DNA from: Chromera velia
Taxonomy: Eukaryota
Direction of reading: 5' to 3'
NCBI GenBank assembly: GCA_018398765.1
Contig: JAHBMJ010000510.1
Coordinates: forward strand, 1 to 64,000
Length of the DNA stretch: 64,000 nucleotides
In this document: positions 51,610 to 64,000 of the stretch, piece by piece
Layout: the number at the start of each line of letters is the position of its first letter
Numbering within the stretch: the first letter of the stretch is position 1
Translations under genes and position numbers: made by a program
The notes under the pieces: generated by a model
What the model saw: only the letters and a program-made list of their open reading frames with translations
Database searches by the model: none
Told to the model about the DNA's origin: nothing

Positions 51610-53912
51610 TCAGAGAATGTTCTTGCCCAGAGCGGAGGCGGCCAGCTCGATGCCCAGTCGCACCGTTTGGGTGCCTGTCACATCGGGGTCGTCCTGCAGG
51701 CACATCATCCATCCATCCACTATGCGAGCAAGAGAGGAAGGGAGATCAGACGGATGGATTACTCGGTGGGTGAGTTACGAGTAGAGGCATAGTGAAAGAA
51801 ACGATTTGTCTCTTTTGGTCGTGAAGAGAATAAACAAACCGGCTCATGGGGACAGAGGCACTCCAAGTGACGGAACCAGTTGCTGCACACTCATTCACTG
51901 ACGATCAACATTCGAAGGGCGGAAGGAAGGAACAATAGGGAAGAAGGAGCGGGCAGCCAGGAGTTCGACCTCAATCTTTCTTTACAGATTTCTCTTATAA
52001 ATTGGATGGTTCCCAACTACTCACCCCGTGCATTGTCTCGGCGTCTGTGGGGTCGAGTGCGGGGTTGATCTCCACCAGGTCCATTGATCGAAGTCTCTCC
52101 GTGTCTGCCATGGTCTCGCAGATGTAGTGGACCTCCCTGTACGTCAACCCCCCGCGGGCCTTCGTCCCTGTGCCGGGGGCCACGGAGGGGTCACACGCGT
52201 CCACGTCGAGGGACAGGTGAAGAGGTCTCTTTCCGTCAGGGTCGATGCGCTGAAGCGCCATGTCCCTGCAGGAAGGCGAAAGGATACATAAGCAAGTATT
52301 ATGAAACAAACAGATGAGCACTGGCACCATGTCTTAAGGAAGACAAAACAGAAAAGAGGCTACCCCACGTTCAGTGGTTCAGTGATGGAAGAAAATGATG
52401 TTTTTTTTCATGAGTTAACGTGTGATAGAGACCAAGCAGGCGAGCCAATGAACACGCTCCCAGCAAGCAAATGCCTTCTAGCTCTGCATGACTGACTGAC
52501 TGACTGACATCACTCTGGCGATTCCATATCTGTCCACATCCTTCATCGAGTAGCAGGCAACGTCGCTTCTCTGGAGCATCACCCTCTCCATGTCATCCAA
52601 GTCCCTCAAACCAATGAAGGCAAGACGGGCCTCGGGGAGCTTCGGGCAGTCATCCATCCACTCAAAGCCCTTCACGGACTTCTCAAACCACCCCATCAGA
52701 TGGGCAGCAGGCATGCCGTGGTAGTTTCCACTGGGAGAGGTCGCAGGGGTGTTGCAGTCTCCGTGGGCATCGACCCAGATCACGGCGGTATCGGGACGAG
52801 CCTTCAGGACTGCCGCAATACTCCCAGCTGCAATGCTGTGATCACCCCCGACAGTAAACACAAACTTGTTCTGCACCGCTGCTGAGTGGACCTTCTCGAA
52901 CACTCTCCGGCAGTTTTCACCACACACAGGGGCGTTCCTCACGTTACCGGTGTAGGGGCAAGTCGAGTCCTCCACCACACTCCCGGTACCGCTAACCGTT
53001 GTCGCGGAGCTGTCCTGCACACGATAAGCACAAGCCGTGGCTCACAAGAAAAAGGAGTCACAATGAAAGAGGATGGACGAACAGAGAGGGATCACACAAA
53101 GATGGGCTCGAGGTACTCGACAAAGAAGAAATCAAAGCAAGCACAATTCCCTCTACCACTGGAGACGCTTTATTCGCAGGATCCTTCTAGAACTCGTCAC
53201 CTGGTTTTCGTTGCGGACGGATACACGCGCACCCACATTTTCTCTGTCTGTGAGTCCCTCTATCAGTCTAGTCTGCCCGTCCACCGGTCGGCTGTGTATC
53301 TACGCAGTCAACATAGCAGCATACACTGAACTGAGCTGACCTCCGGTGGATCATCAATGCTGGACACAGTGGTGATGCCAGAGTCGTTCAGTCCTCCAGG
53401 ACTTCCCCCTGCTCCTGCTACAGCTGTTGTTGCCTTGACGACCCCCGCCTCGGCCTCTGTGATGTCGCAGGGCTCCACGTCCCCCTCGTCCTCAAATTTC
53501 CAGTTCAGACGCTCCACAACTGTCTTCAGATTCGCCTTCCTCAACGCATTGGGTGCCAGATCGACCCTGCAAGCAGTCAACAAAGTCGGGCGGGAAGCGA
53601 GATCGTCAGTAAGGTGGCAAAGCAAGACACAAGAGAAGTACTGTGATGAAGCGTTACAAATGCACTGTGCCAGTAGAAGAGGAGCACAGATCGCGGGTGG
53701 CACAGCACAACGAGAAGCTCAGAACAACGCACTCACCCAGTAAGACCTTGTCCGTCTGCGAAAGGAGCCCCGACCATGGTACAGATCTTGAAAGGCTGCT
53801 TTGCAGGCTGCGTGTTCTGAGTGAGGGAAGCTTCGTCAGCCTGCGCATTGTCTGCGCAGGGTCTCTTGGCAAGAGCGCCCTCAGGGGGGCTGTCACACGG
53901 TCGAGAGGCCAT
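51610..53912 (-). CDS. ARG: Arginase (~410 aa), 5 exons
   Basis: Exons 53912-53737, 53566-53341, 53014-52509, 52265-52025 and 51693-51610 are all phase-consistent. Motifs GAPFADGQ..GVDLAP, GGDHS, WVDAHGDCNT, SGNYHGMP, IGLRD, HLSLDVDACDP..APGTGT..GGLTYRE and DLVEINP are present. Confidence 0.96.
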
Positions 53913-54680
53913 CACAAAAGATCGAAGCTAGACGGGTTTGCGTAGATCGCGCGCGATCAGAAGATGAAATCTCTCACTCAATCACTTGTCGAAGTGTCGG
54001 CTACAAAAGAGTAGAAGCAAACGGTTCACGGTTTCTCCACGGTGTCTTTGACATGGACCACTTCTGCTCTTGTACGGTGAGGAAGTTCGAAGCTAGGGCT
54101 TCTTTGAGGAAAGAGTGAAGGCATCTCATTCTGCAATATATTCTGCATGCATATGGCAGAACACGTCCTGTTAAATTGCATGTTGTTTTTCTCTTTTCTG
54201 GCCAAAAGTCGCTTCATGCACTTTGCGGGGCCACCTTCATATATAGATTGCAGGAACCTCGCGGGGTCTCTGGCATGTCCATGAGACGCTTCGCATAACC
54301 GCGGGGGCCTCGGCTCATCTCACGGCCTCCCGCTCGCATCCCGCTCGCCGACGGTGTCTCCTCGGTCCAGGGCGTCTTGATCGTCTTGATGGGTCTTGTC
54401 TGATCATGTTTGGTCCGTATATGGAGGATTTTGCTTGAATGATCCTGCGGTGCGGGCTGCAGAATTTTGAGAATTTCGGCCCTTTGTTTGAGTGAATGCA
54501 GTGTTGTCGATCGGGTTCCCTCTTGAAATTCACTTTGCTGCCAAGAGGGCATGGAGGACCTTGGAGGAGACACCAACTTCCGCTTTGTTTGTAAATTTTC
54601 ATCAGTCGCATCCGGAAAAGACTCCCTCGTAAAACAATCTGCAGCCTTGTTCTCTTGCTTTTCTTTTCTTGGATAAGACC

Positions 54681-57600
54681 ATGGACAAGCAGGGGACGTC
54701 GCTTTCTGGCAACAGAGGCCATGAGTTTCTGGCAAGGAGTCCCTCCAATGACCGAAGGGCAAGCATGGATAGGGCGGAACGGGATCGGAGCCCTTCCTCC
54801 AATTCTGTCCAATACAGGACAGGCCAAAGAGTGCGAGTGGAGAGATCTGACAGTAGAAGGGAGCAGAGAGACGGAGGGGGAGAGAGACGGGCCCGATACA
54901 GCGAAGAGGAAGAGAGCTCTGAGGCGACCGGAGACCAAGCTGACAACTTCCAAAATAACTGGAGAAGGGAGTCAAACCGGGATCAGATGCCGGCTAGATC
55001 CTCGGTAGGTTTCTCCTGGCAGAGGGAGCAAGCAGTTGGGAAGAGATTTGCTGCTTCCGACCAGGGTGCTCTGTCTGAGTGCCATTTGGTTTCCACGTGT
55101 GCGTTCTCAGACATCGGTCTGTTCCGGCCCTCATACCTTTTCTGTTCCCTGTGCGCATGCAGGACGTGTCTATGGACAACAAACGTCAGGAAGACGGCGA
55201 GGAAGAGGATGAGGAAGAAGAGGTCGTAGCGGACAACGAAGAGGAAGAAGAGGATAAGGAGCGTCTTATGCACGAGAGAGCGAGAGACAGCACCTCTCAG
55301 CATGTTGGTTCTGCGTCAGAAAGAGAAGGAGCTACTCCTGCGGCTGTTGTGGAGGAAGAGACCTCGCCCCCCCGGCGCATTTCTTTTGAGAGCATATTTG
55401 GAGTGTTTCAAGGTAAGCTTGCTGTGCCTGTCCTTGTTGGTTAGCTGTGCCTGTTCTGCTGGCTTGTTTGTTAGTCTACCCCTTTGGTCTGTTGAAACTG
55501 TCGACAATCAGCATGCAATGAGTAAAGGAAGTTCGGGGCAAAAAAGATGGGAGCTGAGAAAGAGAAAGAAGAAAACAGGAACACTACAATCTCGCAGCAT
55601 TCTTCTGCTAAGTGGCTGGAGAGGGGAGGGAATGGGAGGGACTGTCACAATTGCGTATTTATCTTGCTTTTCTTTGCCCGCTTTTCTTTGCCCAAGGCAG
55701 GAAGTAAGAACAAGAAGAGACAGGGATTCTGGTCATGTGTCCTTGCAAATCGGATTGCCTGCCTGCTGCTCTATTAATTCCCTTCCCTGCACCGCACCGC
55801 ACTGCAGGGATTCGGACGGATGCGAGGGTGAGAGAGAGAATGATGACCCGACCAGAAGAGCTGCAAGGTTTCCACCTGGTGGACAGGAGTGAAGTTGATC
55901 AGTGGGCTAACGAGAGGAAGCTGGTGCCACCGGATTCAGGAAACGCAGACGATGCAATGGTGAGTCGTGAAGCTGCCTGTGCCAAAGAGGCCAAAGAAGC
56001 GAGGGGATGCACAGGTGCCACTTGGAGGAAGGGAGCTGATTTGAAGTTTAGGGGAAGGGTTTGAGAGAGATGCGGCGTGTGCCATGGATGGATGGATGGA
56101 TGGATGGATGCAAGCCTATCGGCACTGTAGCAAGCCGGAGATAGAGATCTTGCTCTTTCTTTCATTTGCTGTGTGTACCCCCCCCTTCCATCGCAGAATC
56201 CTTCCGACCTCTTCCTCAAGCAGCTGGTCCAGCGTTGGTGCCCCTCCGAAAACCAGCCACAACCATCCAATCCCACGACTGCACCCCAGCCCAGAGCCCG
56301 CAGGATCCCAGTCGTGAAGCCAGACCCCCATGCCCTTGACGGTCGGGAGCGGTTGGCACTCATGAACTCCCTGCTGGAGTGTGTGGAAGCGAACCGCAAA
56401 GTCTCAGAGAAGACTGGAGAAGCCGCAGCCAAAGCAGAAGAAGTCGAAAGAAACCTAGAAGAAAATCAAAAAAGAACTCGAGAGGAGAATCGGCGCTTTG
56501 CGCAGGAGATGCGGGCGCATCTGGAAAGAAGGGTGAAGGCAGCTCTCGATCCAAGCATGCCGTCTCAAAGCTTGGCTCCCAATATTGATTGGCAAGATTT
56601 GCTTTCCAGTCTTGCAGAGTTGGGCAGACAAGAAGAAGCGTTGTGGTGTTTGGGTGATTGGAAGTTGGAAATTGACCCCGATCCGGGAGGGCGAGAAGTT
56701 CCTATCACAGCCCTTTTCTGTTTGTGCACTTACGGATTTTTGGCCGGATGTGCGCGGTCCGGCAATTTGCGGCTTCTGCAATTCCTCAAAGAAAAAGTGG
56801 GACTGCAGATGAATTTGAGAATTGGGTGGACACTCCGAGACCTTTCTTTTCAAAGCAACGAACGGGGACCCCCCGTTTCGTCTTTAGACCTGTCACCTCA
56901 GTTCGAAAAATTGGGCGAGGCAGTCATGGGACTTGCGGCCTTTCACGGTAACTGGAAAGTTGTGGAGTGGTGTCTCGAGAAAGGGAAAGTGAAAGTGTGT
57001 CCTGAGGTGCCGACAGCAGCTGCGTTGGGAGGGAGGTGGGATGTATTGGAGAAGTTAGAGGAGCGAGGTGACTTTCCCATTGACTGGGAGCTGGTTTTGG
57101 AGGCTGCGAGAAACCCTGTGCGACGCTCTTCTTGCGTTCTTCACCTTGCGAAGACGAAAGTGAAGAAACTGGGAAGCGAATCTCGGGTGAGTTCGACAGT
57201 CCGGACAAACGATTTGCATTGGTTTTTCATTTTCTCTAGTCCTTCCTGAAAAAGAGAGAGAAACGAAAAGAAAGTGCACAAGGGATTTTTACCCCGGTAC
57301 GCTTGAGAAGAGAACTTGTGGCTGTTTCTTTCTTTGTTCGACTAAAAATGCGAAGAAGAAAGATGCCGAGCTTTGGTCCTTTTGAATCTTTTGGCTGTCC
57401 ACAAGCACCAGACACGCACAGTGATTTGGGGACCGCCTCGCATTGTGGTGCTGCTTTATTTCTCGTCAGTTCTGTCTGCATCTAATGCCACCATGCATCG
57501 ACTTTTCGTGGAACTTTACCGATGAGGCAGGCCTGCTCATAGCTTGACCTGCTGCAAGATTTCATCCCTCCCTTGTTCTTCGCTCCCCTGCAGTCAGCTG

Positions 57601-58532
57601 CACTGGAAGTCTACAAAAAGCGTGCAGCTGCCCGAAGTAAGCATCTGAAGAGATTGGAGAGGCAGACTTTAGACCGACAACTGGAATCTTCTGCCTCGGA
57701 GCGGGGAGAGAGACGGAAAGAGAACGCAAAAAAGAAAAGGGGGAAGAAAAAGAAAAGAAGAGGAGACGATGTTGACAGCGACGTGGCTGAGGAAAGCGAA
57801 AGTGGCGGGGGACCTCAGGAAGGAGCCTCCAGCTCTTCAGCTGACCCCTTGGCTTGTTTGATTTCGTCAGGCAATTGGAAGAGGGGAGGAGAGGGACCGA
57901 GAGGGGACGACAGGGCAGATGAACAATTCCTTTTTTCCATGTATCAATGGTGAGTAAGCGATCCATCCTTCTTTCCCTCGTTCCTTCCTTCCTCCCTGTC
58001 TTCGCCCCCCCCCCCCCCCNCCCCCCCCCCTCCTCTCCTTCCGTCCTTCCTGTCTTCGTCCCCCTCCTCTTTTACGAGGATCAGCGTCCATCCGTCTCAC
58101 CCCTGCTCCTTTGGCTTATCGTGCATGCATCTGAAGAAATCTGGAAGAGAAGGTTCCTCGAGGGGGGAGAAAAAAACCGGGGGGGTTAAAAAGAAAACAA
58201 ATTGCAGAAAAACAAATCAGGACAGAGCAAGCAAGAGTCAACCAAGCAAATTCTTTCAGTACTGTTCCTTTGTTCCCTTTGTGTCCTCTCTTTTGTCAAT
58301 TTTTCAGGTGGGACATTCCTTGGAGGGGGCTCTTCGAAGAGCAACGCGAAACATGCGTGAAGATCTCTTTGCCCGGTGACATCCAGCAGGATCCAAATCG
58401 CGAGCATGAGCCTGAGAAGTGGCTCGAGGATTTGACCCCAGAGGAGCAGGCAGAGATTTTGTGGTACGGCATGCAGAAGGCGACCTCTACAAACATGCTG
58501 GCGCTTCTCGAGGTTGGTTCGTCGTCTTTGTT

Positions 58533-58564
<32 letters not shown>

Positions 58565-58763
58565 TCCGTCTTTCTATCTATCCGTCCATCTATCTCGCGG
58601 TCGGTCTGTCTGTTCGTTGTTTTGCACACTTGTGTTTTTTCTTTCTTCGTTTTTTTACATTGTTTGTTTGTTGCTTTGTTTCTTTCTTTCCGTTTTTCCT
58701 TTTTTCCTTTTTTCCTTCTTTCCTTCTTTCTTTCCTTCTGTCCTCTCCATCTGTCCTTCTCTC

Positions 58764-58794
<31 letters not shown>

Positions 58795-58984
58795 TCCTTC
58801 CTTCCTTCCTTCCTTCTTTCCATCTTTCTCACTTTCTGAGTGAAGGAAGACGGGGGGGAAGGGGGACAGGGAGACAGACCGACCAAAAGACAGAGAGTCA
58901 GACAAACAGACAAATAGGCAGACAGACACAGATGCAAAAGCAAAAGGTAGACACAGCAACAAAACCAAAGGACGCGCGCGCGCG

Positions 58985-59022
<38 letters not shown>

Positions 59023-62000
59023 GAGAGAGAGAGAGAGTTAGAGAGAGTTAAAGAGAAAGAGAAACGAGGAAACACAACGCAGTCTCTCGCGCCTCCGGCT
59101 CTGCGTGGATGGACGAATGTACGGTCAAGGCCCCTTTCTTCACGAGATGCTTGGTCTGCCTGTTTGTCTTCATCGAGAACAAGAAAGCAAGAATCATCCT
59201 CACGTGTCTTGTTACAATTAGCTCCGTGAATAAGTTTTGCCCCTTCCTCTGTGTGCCGCTTTGCTTGCAGTTGATACCGATCGCCCTGTCACCTTTGAAA
59301 GAAGTCCACAGCATCGGAGGCGACTCAGTGCCTGCGTGGTGCACTCGCGGTCAGCCAATGACTCCGAGAACTCACCTTCCGCCTGCGTGGGAGACTTCTG
59401 TTAGGCTGGTGAGGTTCGCAGCTGCGTGGCAGAAGGAAGAGGAGGAAGCAGAAGAGGGGGAGGAATCAGCAGAATCGGAAGATGATGGGCCTCGAAGTTC
59501 ATCATGCTCCGCTAGAAAGAACCCCCATCAAGACGAGGAGGGGAGGTTGAAGGGGGTCGAGGAAGCGTTCTCAAAATCAAATCCGATGCTCGAATGGCTC
59601 TGGCTCTTCGTTGGTTTGAACCTCATGGACCCTGTAGTTGCTTCCCATGGCCGAGAGCCGCGGTTGGCTGGAGCTGCAGAGGGGCCACAAGGGAGCCGGG
59701 TGGAAGGGGGAGACGGTCTCGACGGCAGGTCTCTAGATGCCGAGGACAAAGAGGGAAGCACATTGGTGAGTCGTTCGGAAGAGGAATAAGAAGGCAGTCA
59801 AGTTCCTGCGTGCCCTGTTGCGCCCGTGTTGTCCTCCGCAGTTTGGTTTGCGTGCTTATTTTGGACCGTCCTCCTTGATTTTCTTTTCCTTGGGTCTGAA
59901 GCGTTCTTCGTGTGGAAGTCTTTCCTTTGATCTACCTGTGTTCTCTCTTGAATACAAGAAGTGGCGACATCCTTGGATTTGTGACTTCCGCTCGCTCTGC
60001 TCGTCTCCGCGCTGCACCTCTCTCTTTGACCTTGCCCAACCCTTGTGTGCTTCTTCTTTGTCTCCTCCTCGTCCTCCTCCTCGTCTCTTTCCCTTCTTCC
60101 CGTTCTCTCCGTGTTCTGTCATTCTTCTCTCTTTCTTCTTCTCGTGTCCTTCTCTCAGTTTCTGCCGTCCTTCACTTGCGTCTTTTATGCTAGTGGTTTG
60201 GAAAACCACGGGGTTGGTGAATAAAGTGTGAAAGGACGAAGGTCTCCTCTTTTCTCCCAAATGAGGACGCCATGTGATTGTGAATATATGGATCTGCAGG
60301 TGCTCGAAGAAGTTGCTAAGATCTCCGGTCGAGAGACTAACCTCGGAACTCTTCGCGTGTGTGAGCAAGTCCTGGAGGCAGAGAGAAACCGGAAGGGCAC
60401 CCTTGTGTCCGTGTCGGTCGACCCCCCTGCACAGGACAGGAAGTCGAGGACTCTGCAGGTGCAGCAGTCCTCATACTTCCAGGCTTTCGAGGAGGAGTTG
60501 AGGGAAAAAGAGAGACAGAGAGAGGATACGGAGGGCCCGTATGCGCGAATGAACAGACGGCAGCGTTCCTTTGAGGGTGAGGGTGAGGAGGACGGGGACG
60601 AAGTGAGAAAAAGTGTGCTTGAGAAGGATGCGAAAAGAGTTGAGTCAGACCGCCAGATGCTTCATTGCCTGTCCCGAAGGGTTTTAGAGGGGGTGATTAG
60701 GGGAATGGCGGACAGCCATGGAAACAGGTTGGTCATTCAGCGCTTCCTCCGACTGCTTTTGAGCAAGGAGAGGATATGGATGTCGTGTCTGACAGACGAC
60801 GAAGTCTGCGAGATTCTCTATCGGGAGAGAAAGAAGCTGAGAAAGAGGCGCACAGGCGTAGGACCCCTCTTGAGGTTCCTCGAAAGGGCCATTCAAGAGA
60901 GACAGCCCGATCAGAACCCGCTTGAAGAGAGTGATGAGATGTCATCCGAAGAAGAGCAGGAGCACAGAGCAGAATGGGAGGAGGAGGAGGAGGAGAAAGC
61001 AGAAAGGGGGGATGAATGGGACTCGGACGATGACGAAAATGAGGAAGAGGAAAGGGAGAGAGTACAATCTCGTTCCTTTTCCCGCAGAGAAAGAGAAGAC
61101 AGGAGAGAGTCTGAAAGGAGTCCCCAAAGCAACCCGAGTCGGGTGCCAAAGCCGAAAGGAGGTCTAGCAGAGTTTTTACGGAAAAGTAGAACATTGGGGC
61201 GGTCGGTTGGTTCCAGGCAGAGCGACGAAGACGAAGCGCCCGCTCCTTCTCCTTCGTCGTCTCAGAAGGCAAGCAGAAAGAAATGGAGTTCCCCCGCAGA
61301 CAAGTGGTCTTCAGACACCAGTTCGAGAGAAGGAAAGAGGGGGGGTTTCGGAGGGGAGGCGGACTCCCAGAAGTCGGTGTGTAGACTCGTACCGTTCTTA
61401 GAGGAGACAAATCGACAGACAAGAGGACGGGGCGAGGGACAGAGAAGAGGTCAGGTAGACTCAGATGCAGAAAGCGATAGTGGTCGGTCATACCACAACC
61501 GACGCACGCACGAGTCTCACAATAGAGGTCCCTCCGCCCCCCCCCTTTTCCCCTGGGGGAACGGCCAGAGACGCCCTCCCAATCCGTATTCTGACGAGTC
61601 CGGTGAAGAAGATCACGTATCTCAGAGACGTGGGGGAGAAGGGGGGGAGGGCCAGGGACGCCCTCCCAATCCGTATTCTGACGAGTCCGGTGAAGAAGAT
61701 CACGTATCTCAGAGACGTGGGGGAAAAGGGGGGGACGGCCAGAGACGCCCTCCCAATCCGTATTCTGACGAGTCCGGTGAAGAAGATCACGTATCTCAGA
61801 GACATGGGGGAAAAGGGGGGGAGGGCCTGAGACACCATTCCGATCCGTATGATGAAGAATATCATGACGAATCTCAGAGACGAGGGTGGACAATAGGAGG
61901 CAGGTGGGCAGAGGAACAGAATGGAAGGCCGAGTTATGAGGGTCGCGCACCCCGTCACTCCTTCCAGGACTCCGCTCCCTCTGACGGCTCCCGTTTGGAA

Positions 62001-62483
62001 GGCATGCCGAGAAGATCTGAGAAGGCCGAATTCTCGAATGATTTGGCCTTCCGGGACAGAGAGCGTGTCATGGCAGGGGATGATCGCGACGATGAGGAGT
62101 TTGGTGTAGATCATGAAGAAAGGATTACGGGGGGTGCCAACCGATTTCCGTACTCCCGATCTCCGTCCTTCCCCCCCCCCCTCCCCAGCCCCCCCCGAGC
62201 AGATCAGAGGGACCGAAATGGAAGAATGCCCATCCGGACAGGTTCTCTGGGAAGTCAGTTGCACTCCCACAGACAGCGGGAAGGAGACAGAGCGTCCCAC
62301 TGGCATGGAAACGGGGACATGATCCCGAGAGATCGTCCAGAAATGGTCAGAGAAGACAGGCCGGATTTGAATGGTTGGGGGGAGGAGGAGGAGGAGAGGC
62401 GAGGGCCAAAGGAGAGCCAGAGGGGAAGGGCGGGACCAAACGGAAATCTTAGATGGGGAAGGGGGGAGGGATGGGGAGCATGA
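54681..62483 (+). CDS. Large hypothetical protein (~1,650 aa) with degenerate ankyrin-like repeats and a disordered R/E/S/G-rich C-terminus; 8 proposed exons
   Basis: Phase-consistent exons: 54681-55004, 55163-55412, 55808-55959, 56197-57186, 57594-57949, 58308-58512, 59271-59765, 60300-62483. Ankyrin-like segments CARSGNLRLLQFL, AAFHGNWKVVEWC and AALGGRWDVLEKL. Confidence 0.72.
61563..61885 (+). repeat. In-frame 87-bp tandem repeat (3 copies plus a degenerate fourth)
   Basis: Units start at 61563, 61650 and 61737 and encode GQ(R/G)RPPNPYSDESGEEDHVSQR(R/H)GG(E/K)GG(E/D). Confidence 0.95.
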
Positions 62484-64000
62484 TGAAGGGCAGTGAGGTG
62501 ATCTGCCGATTTATATGAAAGAATGTGGTAGTAGCATGATTTTCTGGTAGGCATGTTGTATGAGAAAACAAATAGTCAATTCCTGCCCTTCTGCAATTCC
62601 AAACTGTCGGTCCCAAGTGAAGCAAGCAGCCTGACTGGAGCAAGAAGAAATAAATCATCGAGATCCTTGTATACGGACTCCCTCCCTCCCCCTCCACAAC
62701 GGTGTCCAACCTCGCAACGAAGGAGCAAGAGGTGGAAAAGCAGGAGGTTCTGTGGACGATTAGCAGAAACACGATGACCTTTCAAGTTGAACGCCTTCAG
62801 CCCTGTCGTATTCGCAGATTACAGAGGGGAGTGCTGTATTTCCTCTCTCGTCTCTGAAAAGCACACCGCCCAAGGAGAACCTAAAACTGTAAGATGAAAT
62901 CGTCCTGACAATGACTTAAAAGAGACCTTCGACTTATCCTTTGACGTCTTTGAGAAGAAGGAGGGGGGTGTTGTATGGAGTCTTCTCACGAAGGAGCGGC
63001 ACCGGAGGCCATCCAAAGTGAGGAGGATAACCCCTTGAAGGATACCCCCCTCACCCCTCTCAGCCTGCCCCCTCCCTCCCTCCCTCCCTCCCTGTCCTCA
63101 TGTGCAGCGCGTCAGAGCCACCCTTTACCCTCTCCCTCAAGCCGCAGCCGAGCGCGTCTTCTTTTCGTTTGCTGATTGTGGAGAGAAGGTGACCCCCCCC
63201 CCCCCNCCCCCCCCCGACACACACACACAAACACGGAGAGAGAAGGGGAACCTGGAGTAACACGAAGAGAGTGGGTCTGTTCTCTCTGCCTCCCCCAACC
63301 CAGCTAGTGGACAGTCGAGTCGGCCAGAGACAGAGAGAGCAAGCTGATGACGAGGAAGAGAAGGAAGGACAGAGAGATCATCGCTCTCGTCTCCGCAGTC
63401 CCCACCTTCCTTCGGTCCGACTCCCTCCGTCCCCCTCCCTCCCTCCCTCCCTTCCTGCGATTCCTTCCTTTCGTCGGAATGCAGAGGGGATTCGGGAGGA
63501 GAGGTCTGAAGGGCCCGTCATTCTTTCGGGTCTGAGGATCTGCTGGGGGGTCCCTGGAAGGACCCCTTCAATTTAGGGAGACGGAGGGGGGGGCTCTTTG
63601 CGGCTATCAGGTTGGTATTTGGAATGTGTTTTTGGATTGCAGTGGGGCTTCTTCTTCTTCTCTGTTGACTCTTGGCTGCTGCGGGTTTTTCCGTTTGTTG
63701 GGGAAATCCAAATCACAGCGATTCATTTGTCTTTCGTGTCAGTGTCCTTTTTCTCGTCCACCAATTTGTCTTGTACTTTGTGGCTGAACGTGTGTGGGCC
63801 TTCTGCAGCCCCAAATTTTTTGATTCATGGCGTATGTTGCTGTTTGTGGCTGCAAATCGATGCACCTGTTGACACCGCGAGACCTTACTGTGTGCATCTT
63901 ATCTCCCTTGCCCGATCTACATTTGTGCTAATTCCTGTCTTTCTCTATCGTGTTTGCTTGCTGTCTTATTCGTGCATCTTTGCATAGCGCGGAAGAGAGA

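Noticed and set aside
61563..61885. Regularly spaced direct repeats resembling a CRISPR array
   Set aside because: The units are contiguous 87-bp in-frame coding repeats with no unique spacers, in a eukaryotic gene with no cas genes nearby.
62484..64000. Additional exons or a new gene at the right end
   Set aside because: Short exon-like stretches (e.g. ~63304-63540) exist but could not be linked confidently to any model.

Overview
Eukaryotic, intron-rich genomic DNA. GC-rich exons, GA/CA/GGAA microsatellite-filled introns and frequent TGCATGCA motifs suggest a chromerid alveolate such as Chromera velia (inference only). The left ~47 kb interleaves host genes with decayed transposons: a truncated Ty3/gypsy element, a full-length Ty1/copia element (228-bp LTRs, TCTTT target-site duplication) split by a 4.15-kb TIR element with a TCAT duplication, and two copies of a ~390-400-bp MITE. 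The main finding is a ~17-kb minus-strand gene (11446-28777) that can be spliced by hand into a ~5,170-aa protein. It has five tandem ~600-aa modules of KH-like folds, a C3HC4 RING, an IBR-like zinc finger and a C-terminal PARP-type ADP-ribosyltransferase domain, i.e. a PARP14/DTX3L-like sensor-ligase-ART combination in one chain. It lies head-to-head with a U-box E3 gene and ~6.5 kb from a small membrane-anchored Gig2-like H-Y-E ART, so the locus is a candidate ADP-ribosylation/ubiquitin defence cluster. Both retroelements are inactivated mainly by C:G to T:A transitions (RIP-like or methylation-driven). The window also holds a standalone dynein-MTBD-like ORF, an arginase and a large gene with degenerate ankyrin-like repeats. 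All gene models and domain calls were made by eye; no database search was run.
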